Shown piece after piece: positions 8,124 to 15,973 of a stretch of DNA of 32,000 nt. The stretch lies in contig JAGIBL010000001.1 of NCBI GenBank assembly GCA_017744365.1, positions 771,416 to 803,415 on the forward strand, in the 5' to 3' direction. The position numbers and the translations under genes were made by a program. This DNA is from Nocardioidaceae bacterium. GTDB lineage: Bacteria; Actinomycetota; Actinomycetes; Propionibacteriales; Nocardioidaceae. Below the pieces are notes generated by a model. That model was given only the letters and a program-made list of their open reading frames with translations. It was not told the origin of the DNA and searched no databases. Each line of letters begins with the position of its first letter. Positions within the stretch are counted from its first letter, which is position 1.

Positions 8124-9055
8124 CCCGGAAGGTCATCCTCACGGTCGCGCCCACCGGCGGGTTCCTGACCAAGGCGCAGACGCCGCACGTGCCGACGCAG
8201 CCGGCCGAGATCGTCGCGGACGTGGTCCGCTGCCACGGCGCCGGGGCCAGCATGGTCGCGCTGCACGCTCGTCGTCCCGACGACCAGGCCACCTGCGACC
8301 CTGCCGTCTACCGGGCGATCAACGAGGGCATCAGGGAGCGCTGCGACATCGTGCTCGGCAACTCGACCGGCGGCGGCTTCGACGGCGACCTGGCGATGCC
8401 CGGCACCGGGTCGCACCGGGAGTCCCGGGTGGAGGAGCGCTCCCGCGGCTGCGAGGGCGGCGCCGAGGTGTGCAGCGTGAACGCGATGACGGTGCTCGGA
8501 CAGACCAGCGGCCCGCCGGTGCTGATGAGCACCACCCGGGAGGAGTCTCGGGCCCTGGTCGCCAAGATGGCCGGACTCGGTGTGAAGCCGGAGTGGGAGG
8601 CGTTCAGCCCGACGCACCTGACCCAGGACATCGCCGCGCTGACCGCCGAGCTTCCCGGCCCGCACTGGGTCAGCCTCTGCTTCGGGCTGGACACGGTGTT
8701 CCAGGGCGCGGTCGGGTTCGACGTACGGACGCTGCAGTTCATGGTCGACCAGCTCCCGCCGAACGCGCTCTTCGGGGTCACCGGCCAGGGCCCGGTCCAG
8801 GTCTCCGCGCTGGCCGCCGCGATCGTGCTCGGCGGGCACGTCAGGGTCGGGATCGAGGACAGCCGCTGGGACGCGCACGGCGAGCTGCGCCCGAACGCCT
8901 GGTTCGTGGCCTGGGCGGTGCGGCTCATCGAGGCGCTCGGCTGCGCGGTGGCCACGCCGGCCGAAGCGCGGGCACTCCTCGGGCTGCCCTTGACGCGGAG
9001 CGGCCGTCAGGAGAACGCTGGGGAGCGTTCGACAACCCCTGTGGGCAGCGGGTAG
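8120..9055 (+). CDS. BKACE-family (DUF849) beta-keto acid cleavage enzyme-like protein
   Basis: The N-terminus KVILTVAPTGG...P.TP.EIA. matches the family, followed by ALHARRPDD and GHVRVGIEDS, the hallmarks of 3-keto-5-aminohexanoate cleavage enzyme relatives. It has an ATGA overlap with dhaL. Confidence 0.8.
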   Translation: MTRKVILTVAPTGGFLTKAQTPHVPTQPAEIVADVVRCHGAGASMVALHARRPDDQATCDPAVYRAINEGIRERCDIVLGNSTGGGFDGDLAMPGTGSHRESRVEERSRGCEGGAEVCSVNAMTVLGQTSGPPVLMSTTREESRALVAKMAGLGVKPEWEAFSPTHLTQDIAALTAELPGPHWVSLCFGLDTVFQGAVGFDVRTLQFMVDQLPPNALFGVTGQGPVQVSALAAAIVLGGHVRVGIEDSRWDAHGELRPNAWFVAWAVRLIEALGCAVATPAEARALLGLPLTRSGRQENAGERSTTPVGSG

Positions 9056-9114
9056 GAGCGCTCGGGCGAGAGGTGACTGGTGCCTACCTTCCACGGAGGT
9101 GCTCCTTGTCCAGA

Positions 9115-9501
9115 ATGCTCACCCGCGCAGCGGCGGTCCTCGCGGCCGTCGTCACCGCCGTCGCGCTCGGCACGGCGCCCGCGCACGCCACCGTCCACGA
9201 GATCGTCGCCCAGTGGTGCTCGGGCCACCCGCACCTGGAGCCCCCGGGCCTCACCGGCGGGAGCCACGCGGACAACTTCGCGCAGCCGCTCAACGCCTCC
9301 GGCTTCATCAGCGGCGTGGTGCCGTTCAAGGACGGGTTCCTGATCCAGTTCAACTTCGACAACCCGAACGCGAAGGTGGTCCCGGTCGGCGAGCCGATCC
9401 CGATCGGCACCCTCAACGGCAAGCCGCTCTACCTGCAGCCGATCGCGCCCGACCCGTCGTTCCCGGCGTTCATGAACTGCCCGAAGCTGGGGACCGTGTA
9501 G
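9115..9501 (+). CDS. Small secreted protein of unknown function
   Basis: The 128-aa protein has a signal peptide MLTRAAAVLAAVVTAVALGTAPAHA followed by T. The mature part has two Cys, one near each end. GGAGG lies at 9096-9100. I recognised no family. Confidence 0.55.
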   Translation: MLTRAAAVLAAVVTAVALGTAPAHATVHEIVAQWCSGHPHLEPPGLTGGSHADNFAQPLNASGFISGVVPFKDGFLIQFNFDNPNAKVVPVGEPIPIGTLNGKPLYLQPIAPDPSFPAFMNCPKLGTV

Positions 9502-10546
9502 CGGCGATCCGGGCGGCCTGCTCCTCGGCGGCGGCCGCGTACATCCGGCGGATCCGGGCCACCCCGAGGTCGTGCTGGTACAGGTGCTCGCCCTGATCGG
9601 CGTCCGGGGCGACGTTCTCGAGCAGGCCTCGGTCCTGCTCGAGAACCTGCCAGTGCTTGGCCTCGAGCCCGGTGCGGTAGAGGAACCGCCACACGTCGCG
9701 CTCCCAGCCGCTCACCTTCCGCGTGCGCCAGTGGAAGACGGCGGTCACGTCCGCGGTCACCGGGGTCGGCATGCCGACGATCCCGAACGGGCCGCCCGGT
9801 CCGGCCTCGGGGCCGTACGGGATCTCCAGGTCGACGTACGCCAGGCCGCTGTGCTCGACGTACTCGACCCAGTCGAAGTTCTGACCGCGCTGGTCGGTCT
9901 TCTCGAAGAAGAAGCCCCGGTCGGTCTCGCGGATCCGGAACCGGGCCGCGGTGTCGCCGCGGTACATCGAGTGCGAGTCGGCGTGCAGGAACGCGCCGTG
10001 CATCGGGTCGAGCACGTTGTCGAGGTAGAAGCGCCACGGCGTGCGCCACTCGGCGAAGCTGACGAAGTCGCTGTGCTCGGGCGCGGAGAGCCGCTCGGGC
10101 ATCACCAGCGGCGGCGCCGCAGAGTCCGGGGTCGCCGGGAACCACGCGAAGATCACCCCGGCGGCCTCGGCGCAGGTCAGCGTCCGGGTGGCCTGCTTGC
10201 CCTCCAGCGCGCAGCCCGGCATGCCCGGCACCCGGACCACGGTGCCGGTGCCGTCGACCTCGACGCCGTGGTACTGGCACTTGACCCGGTCGCCGAGGTG
10301 CTGGCCGACGGACAGCGGCGCGTTGCGGTGCGGGCACCGGTCGGCGAGCACCGAGAGCGCGCCGGTGGCGTCGCGGAAGACCAGCCAGTCCTTGCCCAGC
10401 CGGGTCACCTTGCGCATCTCGCCCGGCCGCACCAGCCGCGAGGGCAGCACCGGGTACCAGCGGTCCCGCAGCCCCGTCGCGCGCAGCTCCTCGACGGTGA
10501 GCTCGCCGGTGTTCCGGCCGGGCGCGTACCAACCCTGGACGGTCAT
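9470..10546 (-). CDS. Rieske [2Fe-2S] non-heme-iron oxygenase, phthalate-family / class IA type monooxygenase or demethylase component
   Basis: The Rieske motif is CPH-x16-CQYH (residues 71-93). The mononuclear iron motif is DPMHGAFLH (D-x2-H-x4-H). At 358 aa it fits single-subunit oxygenases that pair with PDR-type reductases. Confidence 0.9.
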   Translation of the reverse strand: MTVQGWYAPGRNTGELTVEELRATGLRDRWYPVLPSRLVRPGEMRKVTRLGKDWLVFRDATGALSVLADRCPHRNAPLSVGQHLGDRVKCQYHGVEVDGTGTVVRVPGMPGCALEGKQATRTLTCAEAAGVIFAWFPATPDSAAPPLVMPERLSAPEHSDFVSFAEWRTPWRFYLDNVLDPMHGAFLHADSHSMYRGDTAARFRIRETDRGFFFEKTDQRGQNFDWVEYVEHSGLAYVDLEIPYGPEAGPGGPFGIVGMPTPVTADVTAVFHWRTRKVSGWERDVWRFLYRTGLEAKHWQVLEQDRGLLENVAPDADQGEHLYQHDLGVARIRRMYAAAAEEQAARIAATRSPASGSS

Positions 10547-10547
10547 C

Positions 10548-10769
10548 TCAGGCCCCCAGCCGCTGCATCTCGGCGCGGAACGTCTGCTCGTCCCACGGCT
10601 TCCCGTCCGGCGCGGCCGACCCGTGCTCGTTGAGGCCGCGCACCAGCGCGGGCAGCTCGACGTGACCCTCGGCGAAGACCCGCTGGATCAGGCCGGCCAG
10701 CTTCTCCTCGTACGGCGTGGGCGGTTCGTCTCGCGTCTGCACCGCCTCCACGTACAACGGGAAGTCCAT
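10548..10769 (-). CDS. Small (73 aa) hypothetical protein, possibly a recombinase-like HTH-fold accessory protein
   Basis: SD GGAG lies 8 nt upstream. The stop lies 1 nt before the Rieske start. The C-terminal LVRGLNEHGSAAPDGKPWDEQTFRAEMQRLG resembles the LN..G....G..W motif of recombinase-domain helices. Confidence 0.55.
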   Translation of the reverse strand: MDFPLYVEAVQTRDEPPTPYEEKLAGLIQRVFAEGHVELPALVRGLNEHGSAAPDGKPWDEQTFRAEMQRLGA

Positions 10770-10791
10770 GTCGTTGCTCCGTTCACTCTCG

Positions 10792-11286
10792 TTAGGTGTC
10801 GGTGTCGAGGGCGACCAGCCCGTCGACGATGGCGAGGAAGGACGAGGCCCAGGCCGTGAACGAGGCCGGGCGGTGCTCGTGGACCGGCGCCGGCACCCCG
10901 TCGACGACGACGAAGACGCCGTTCGGGATCTGCCCGGCCAGCGTCTGCGCCGCGCTCAGGTCGGTGGCGGGGTCGGGCCGGGCCGCGACCACGAGGGCCG
11001 GCGCCGGCACCCGCGGCAGGTCGGCGGTCACGTCGCCGTACGCGCCGTCCGGTCCGGAGTCGGCGAGCACCAGGCCGCGGACCAGGTCCGGGCGCAGGAG
11101 AGCGACCCGTACGGCGATCACGCCGTCGTTCCCGGTGGCGACCAGGTGAGCCGGCCCGTCCAGGCCCGCGACCACCGACGCCACACGGGTCTCCAGGTCG
11201 TCCCCGGTCACCTCGACCACCCGGGTCGACCAGGAGAGCACGGGCGCGGAGCCTGCGCCGCGCAGCGCGATCACCTCGGGACTCAT
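10792..11286 (-). CDS. Short alpha/beta-hydrolase-fold-like protein (164 aa, no cap domain)
   Basis: SD GGAGGAG lies upstream and the gene ends in TAA. The core order matches the fold: LVATGNDGVIA at the nucleophile elbow, VLADSG, LVVAARPDP and PAPVHEHRP. Confidence 0.55.
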   Translation of the reverse strand: MSPEVIALRGAGSAPVLSWSTRVVEVTGDDLETRVASVVAGLDGPAHLVATGNDGVIAVRVALLRPDLVRGLVLADSGPDGAYGDVTADLPRVPAPALVVAARPDPATDLSAAQTLAGQIPNGVFVVVDGVPAPVHEHRPASFTAWASSFLAIVDGLVALDTDT

Positions 11287-11295
11287 CTCTCCTCC

Positions 11296-12054
11296 TCAGG
11301 CCATCACGAAGCCGCCGTCGACGACCACGGTCTGGCCGGTGACGTAGCGGGCGTCCTCGGAGAGCAGGAACGCGACCACCCCGGCGACGTCGCCGGGGGT
11401 CTGGTCGATGGGTAGCGCGCGGTGCTCGCGGTAGAGCGCGTACCGCTCGGCCGGCACGGACTCGGTGGCCTCGACCCGGGTCAGCCCGGGCGCGACCGCG
11501 TTGACCCGGACGCCGTCGGGTCCGGCGTCGCGAGCCATCCCGCGGGTCAGCGCGATCACCGCGCCCTTGGAGGCGACGTAGTGCGCGAGCCGGGGCGAGC
11601 CGTAGAGGGCGGCGTCCGAGGCCAGGTTGACGATGGCGCCGCGGTGACCGGCCAGCTGGTCGTAGAGCGCGGCGGAGACCAGCCAGGTGCCGCGCACGTT
11701 GACGTCGAGGACCCGGCTGAACGCCTCGTCCGGGATCTGCCAGAAGGGCAGGCCGCCGACCCCGTCGGCCAGGGCGGCGTTGTTGACCAGGCCGTGCGCG
11801 CCGCCCAGGTCCGCCACCGCCGCGGCCAGCGTGGCCACCGAGCCGGGATCGGTCACGTCGGTGTCGACCCGGGTCACCCGCACCCCGGCCGCGCTCAGGT
11901 GCTCGACCCCACGGGCGGCGATCTCGGCACGCAGCTCGGCGACGACCACGTGCGCACCGGCCCGGCCGAGGTGCTCGGCGACGGCCAGCCCGAGGCCGCG
12001 GCCCGCGCCGGTGACCACGTAGGTACGGGGCTCGGGGGAGGAGTGCGTGGACAT
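11296..12054 (-). CDS. SDR-family oxidoreductase
   Basis: It has VTGAGRGLGLA (TGxxxGxG), NNAA and the catalytic YVASK (YxxxK), with a PG..T tail. Confidence 0.9.
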   Translation of the reverse strand: MSTHSSPEPRTYVVTGAGRGLGLAVAEHLGRAGAHVVVAELRAEIAARGVEHLSAAGVRVTRVDTDVTDPGSVATLAAAVADLGGAHGLVNNAALADGVGGLPFWQIPDEAFSRVLDVNVRGTWLVSAALYDQLAGHRGAIVNLASDAALYGSPRLAHYVASKGAVIALTRGMARDAGPDGVRVNAVAPGLTRVEATESVPAERYALYREHRALPIDQTPGDVAGVVAFLLSEDARYVTGQTVVVDGGFVMA

Positions 12055-12066
12055 GGCGGCGTCTTC

Positions 12067-13017
12067 TCAGAGGTCGAGGGTGATCTCGGGGTCGAGGGCG
12101 CGGGAGACGCAGACGAACATCACGTTGCCGGCGTGCTTCTCGGACTCGGTGAGCAGGTAGTCGCGGTGGTCGACCCGGCCGGCGAGCACCTTGGTCTCGC
12201 AGGTGCCGCAGATGCCCTCGGTGCACGAGCTGGGCACGTCGATCCCGGCCTCGGCCAGCGCGGCGAGCGCGGTGCTCCCGGCCGGGACCCGGACCACCCG
12301 GCCCGAGGCCCGGCAGACGATCTCGAAGGGCTGGTCCGGGCCGTCGTGAGCGACCGGGGCGGGCGCCTTGAACCGTTCCAGCCGGAGCGTGCCCGGGTCG
12401 TCGAGCACCGCGGCGACCGCGGCCAGCAGCGGCTCCGGGCCGCAGGCGTAGACGAGGGTGCCCGGCTCGGGACCGGCGAGCAGCGCGGCCAGGTCGGGCG
12501 GGCCGCCGGCCTGGTCGTCGGCGTGCAGCCGGACCCGGTCGGGCCCGAGAGCGAGCAGCTCCTCGGTGAAGGCCATCGAGGCCGCGCTGCGCCCGGCGTA
12601 CAGGAGCTGCCAGTCGGCGCCGCGACGGGCCAGCTCGCGCGCCATCGCCAGGATCGGGGTGATCCCGATGCCACCCGCGACCAGCCGGTAGTGCTCGGCG
12701 GGCTCGAGGGCGAAGCTGTTGCGCGGTCCGGAGACCCGGACCAGGTCGCCCGGCCTGAGCGTGGCGTGCACGTACCGGCTGCCGCCGCGCGAGTCGGCCT
12801 CGTCGAGCACCGCGACGGTCCAGCCGTCGGGGTCCGCCGGGTCGGAGCAGAGCGAGTACTCGCGGGCCAGCCCGTTGGGCAGGTGCACGGTCAGGTGCGC
12901 GCCCGGCTCCCACGACGGCAGTGTGCCGCCCCTGGCGTCGCGGAACCGGACGGCGAGCACGCCGTCGGCTTCCCAGGTGAGCTGGGTGACCCGCACGTCG
13001 TGGCTGGGGGACTCCAT
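12067..13017 (-). CDS. PDR/VanB-type oxygenase reductase (FMN/NAD-binding FNR module plus C-terminal plant-type 2Fe-2S)
   Basis: It has REYSL (RxYS flavin motif), GGIGITP (NAD-binding) and the C-terminal CTEGICGTCETKV...VCVS cluster motif. SD GAAGGAG lies at 13030-13036 on the minus strand. Confidence 0.9.
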   Translation of the reverse strand: MESPSHDVRVTQLTWEADGVLAVRFRDARGGTLPSWEPGAHLTVHLPNGLAREYSLCSDPADPDGWTVAVLDEADSRGGSRYVHATLRPGDLVRVSGPRNSFALEPAEHYRLVAGGIGITPILAMARELARRGADWQLLYAGRSAASMAFTEELLALGPDRVRLHADDQAGGPPDLAALLAGPEPGTLVYACGPEPLLAAVAAVLDDPGTLRLERFKAPAPVAHDGPDQPFEIVCRASGRVVRVPAGSTALAALAEAGIDVPSSCTEGICGTCETKVLAGRVDHRDYLLTESEKHAGNVMFVCVSRALDPEITLDL

Positions 13018-13041
13018 CGAGCGCCTGCGCTCCTTCGCTGA

Positions 13042-13059
13042 TATCTAAGTTCTAAGATA
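13042..13059. promoter_or_regulatory. Operator-like AT-rich pseudo-palindrome / tandem TCTAAG repeat upstream of the Rieske-reductase operon
   Basis: The sequence is TATCTAAGTTCTAAGATA. TCTAAG occurs at 13044-13049 and 13051-13056. Fourteen of 18 positions are self-complementary. It lies 25-40 nt upstream of the minus-strand start at 13017. Confidence 0.35.
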
Positions 13060-13155
13060 GTTTGCCACGATGGCGCGCGGGCCTCGCTCCGTCAATCCCC
13101 GCACGTGTAGATCGATCACCCTTTTCCGCCCTGAGGAACTTCGCGCATCAAAGCC

Positions 13156-13183
13156 TTGACACTAGGCATCTTATATCTAAGGT
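13156..13183 (+). promoter_or_regulatory. Sigma-70-type promoter candidate for module A (TTGACA, 16 nt, TAAGGT)
   Basis: TTGACA lies at 13156-13161. TAAGGT (TANNNT) lies at 13178-13183, 44 nt upstream of ATG 13227. It overlaps the pseudo-palindrome CTTATATCTAAG (13170-13181). Confidence 0.45.
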
Positions 13184-13226
13184 TTCGGCCAATCGTCTCG
13201 GTAGTCGAGTCCGAAGGAGACACCCG

Positions 13227-14414
13227 ATGCGTACCCGAACCCTCAGCGGCGGGCTCGCCCGCGTGACCGGAGCCGTGGCCGTGCTGCTGCTGGCGACCGG
13301 CGCGCTGGCGGCCTGCTCGGAGTCCTCCGACGACAAGCCCAGCACCGGCGGCAGCGGGAGCGGCGACGCCAGCGCGGCGATCGTCGCCGAGGCTCAGCAG
13401 GCCACCGACGCCCTCTTCGACACCGGCAGCGAGACGCCTCCGCCCGCGGACGGGCCGGCCGGGGTCAAGGGCAAGACGGTCTGGGTGGTCTCCTGCGGCC
13501 AGGCGGTCACCGGCTGCTCGCTGCTCACCGACGCGGCCGTGACCGCGAGCAAGCAGATCGGCTGGAAGACCACGCTGTGCGACGGCAACTTCAACGCCGG
13601 CGACCAGTACGGCAAGTGCATCCGGCAGGCGGTCGCGGCCGGCGCCGACGGGATCATCCTCAACTCGGTCGACTGCGTCGCGGTGACCCAGCCGCTCAAG
13701 GAGGCCAAGGCCGCCGGCGTCAAGGTGGCCGCGGTGAACACGTTCCCGTGCGACGGCGCGAACGCCGACCTGGCCACCATGGTGGTGCCCTCCACCGCGA
13801 CGCCGACCATCGACGCCTACGGCCAGGCCGCCGGCAAGGCACAGGCCGACTACCTGATCGCCACGAGCAAGGGCAAGGCGAAGGTGCTCAACTTCCGCTT
13901 CGTCGACAACTTCCTCGCGATCGAGGTGAACAAGGGCTTCGAGGCCGAGATGGCCACCTGCGGCACCTGCTCGGTGAAGAACACCGACATCACCCTGGCC
14001 GACTACGTCAATCCCTCGACGTTCGGGCAGAAGTCCAACGCCGCGCTGCTCTCCGCGCCGGACGCGACCGCGGTGCACGTGCCCTTCGACTCGTTCCTGA
14101 CCAGCGGCGTCGGGCAGGCGATCACCAGCGCCGGCCGGGCCGGCAAGCTCGACTCGATCGGGTTCAACGGCTTCGAGGCCAACCTCAACCTGATCCGCGA
14201 CGGCAAGGGCCAGACCGCCGCGCTGGGCGCCGACCAGGAGTGGGCCGGCTGGGCCGCCGCGGACACGATGAACCGGCTGCTTGCCGGCGCCGAGCCGGTC
14301 GCCGAGGGCATGGGCTTCAAAATGGTCGACGCGGACAAGAACCTGCCCTCCTCGGGCAGCTACCGCAGCGACATCGACTTCAAGGCGGCCTACGAGGCGG
14401 TCTGGTCGAAGTGA
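13227..14414 (+). CDS. ABC transporter substrate-binding lipoprotein, type I PBP (RbsB/LacI-like)
   Basis: SD GAAGGAG at 13213-13219 lies 7 nt before the ATG. It has a signal peptide with lipobox LAAC and a Ser/Gly-rich tether. The upstream 55 codons of the track ORF have no support. Confidence 0.85.
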   Translation: MRTRTLSGGLARVTGAVAVLLLATGALAACSESSDDKPSTGGSGSGDASAAIVAEAQQATDALFDTGSETPPPADGPAGVKGKTVWVVSCGQAVTGCSLLTDAAVTASKQIGWKTTLCDGNFNAGDQYGKCIRQAVAAGADGIILNSVDCVAVTQPLKEAKAAGVKVAAVNTFPCDGANADLATMVVPSTATPTIDAYGQAAGKAQADYLIATSKGKAKVLNFRFVDNFLAIEVNKGFEAEMATCGTCSVKNTDITLADYVNPSTFGQKSNAALLSAPDATAVHVPFDSFLTSGVGQAITSAGRAGKLDSIGFNGFEANLNLIRDGKGQTAALGADQEWAGWAAADTMNRLLAGAEPVAEGMGFKMVDADKNLPSSGSYRSDIDFKAAYEAVWSK

Positions 14415-15973
14415 CCGCGACGACGGTGGACCCGGCCTCGGCGGACGCGGAGGCGCCGGCGCGACTCCGGCTGGCCGGCGTGTCCAAGCGCTACGCCAGC
14501 ACCACGGCGCTGCACGAGGTCGGGCTCACCGTCGGCCGGGGCGAGATCCACGCCCTGCTGGGCGGCAACGGCTCCGGCAAGTCCACCCTCATCAAGATCG
14601 TCGCCGGGGTGGAGCGGGCCGAGCCCGGCGGCTCGCTGCACCAGGGCGACCAGGCCGCCGACCTGACCGGCTGGTCCGCCCGGGCCGCCCGCGAGGCCGG
14701 GATCCGGGTGGTGCACCAGGACATCGGCTACTTCCCGAGCCTGACCGTGGCCGACAACCTGGCCGCCGGCCACGGCTACCCGGTGGGCGCGTTCGGGAAC
14801 GTGCGCGACCGTCGCTGGCGCCGGCACACCGCCGAGGTGCTGGCCCGCTTCGACGTGGACGCGCGCCCGGAGACGCCGATGTCCGCGCTGCGGCCGGCGA
14901 CCCGGACCATGGTCGCCATCGGCCGCGCGCTGCAGGACGTCGACGAGGAGCGCTCGGGCGTGCTCATCCTCGACGAGCCCACCACCGCGCTGCCCCGGGG
15001 CGAGGTGGAGCACCTCTTCGCCGCGCTGCGTCGCTGTGCCGCGGCCGGCCACGCCATCGTCTTCGTCAGCCACCGGCTCTCCGAGGTGCTGGCCCTGTGC
15101 GAGAACGTCACCGTCCTGCGCGACGGCGAGCGGATCACCAGCCGCGCCACTGCGGGCCTCGACGAGCACGACCTCGCCGAGCTCGTCGCCGGCCGCCGGC
15201 TCGCGACCGCCAGCCACGGACGCGAAGCAGTCGCGGACGCGCCCTCGCTGGTGGCCGTCGAGGGCCTCGCCGCCGGCCCGCTGCAGGACGTCAGCCTGCG
15301 GGTCGCCGCCGGGGAGGTGCTCGGCATCGCCGGCCTGCTCGGCTCGGGGCGGAGCACCTTGCTGCGCACGCTCTTCGGCGACGTCGCCCCGGCCGCGGGC
15401 ACGGTCCGGCTCGACGGCGTCCCGGTGGCCTTCCGCAGTCCGCGCCAAGCCGTGCGCGCCGGGATCGCCTACGTGCCCGAGGACCGCGGTGGCGACGCGC
15501 TGTTCGGCTCGATGAGCCTGGACGAGAACCTCGCCGCGGTCGTGGTCGGCGACTACTGGCAGGGCGGCCTGTTGCGCCGGACCCGGCAGCGCCGCGAGTC
15601 CGCGCGGCTGGCCCGCGAGCTCGGCATCAAGACCGCCACCGTCACCCAGTCGCCGAACGAGCTGTCCGGCGGCAACCAGCAGAAGGCCGTGCTCGGTCGC
15701 TGGCTGCGCACCGAGCCGCGGCTGCTGCTGCTGGACAACCCCACCCAGGGCGTCGACGTCGGCGCCCGCGAGGACATCCACCGGCTGCTGCGCGACGCCG
15801 CCGGACGCGGCACCGCGGTCGTGGTGACCAGCGACGACTACGAGGAGCTGGCGCAGGTTTGCGACCGGGTCGTGGTGCTGCGCGAGGGCCGGGTCACCGG
15901 CTCGGTCGCCGCCGCCGACCTGAGCGCGGACCGGATCAGCCGCGAGATCTACGGAGAGCGAGCACCCCGATGA
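14411..15973 (+). CDS. CUT2-type ABC transporter ATP-binding protein (two fused ABC domains)
   Basis: The GTG start overlaps the SBP stop (GTGA). Domain 1 has Walker A GGNGSGKST and Walker B LILDEP. Domain 2 has GLLGSGRST, LSGGNQQK and LLLDNPTQGVD. Confidence 0.9.
   Translation: MTATTVDPASADAEAPARLRLAGVSKRYASTTALHEVGLTVGRGEIHALLGGNGSGKSTLIKIVAGVERAEPGGSLHQGDQAADLTGWSARAAREAGIRVVHQDIGYFPSLTVADNLAAGHGYPVGAFGNVRDRRWRRHTAEVLARFDVDARPETPMSALRPATRTMVAIGRALQDVDEERSGVLILDEPTTALPRGEVEHLFAALRRCAAAGHAIVFVSHRLSEVLALCENVTVLRDGERITSRATAGLDEHDLAELVAGRRLATASHGREAVADAPSLVAVEGLAAGPLQDVSLRVAAGEVLGIAGLLGSGRSTLLRTLFGDVAPAAGTVRLDGVPVAFRSPRQAVRAGIAYVPEDRGGDALFGSMSLDENLAAVVVGDYWQGGLLRRTRQRRESARLARELGIKTATVTQSPNELSGGNQQKAVLGRWLRTEPRLLLLDNPTQGVDVGAREDIHRLLRDAAGRGTAVVVTSDDYEELAQVCDRVVVLREGRVTGSVAAADLSADRISREIYGERAPR

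Noticed and set aside
9095-9106. A small GGAG-GTG-CTCC hairpin overlapping the SD of the secreted-protein gene
   Set aside because: The 4-bp stem is too weak to argue for regulation.
13019-13032. The GAGCGC-CT-GCGCTC inverted repeat next to the SD of the reductase gene
   Set aside because: A 6-bp GC-only stem is common by chance in DNA of this composition, and no second copy was seen.
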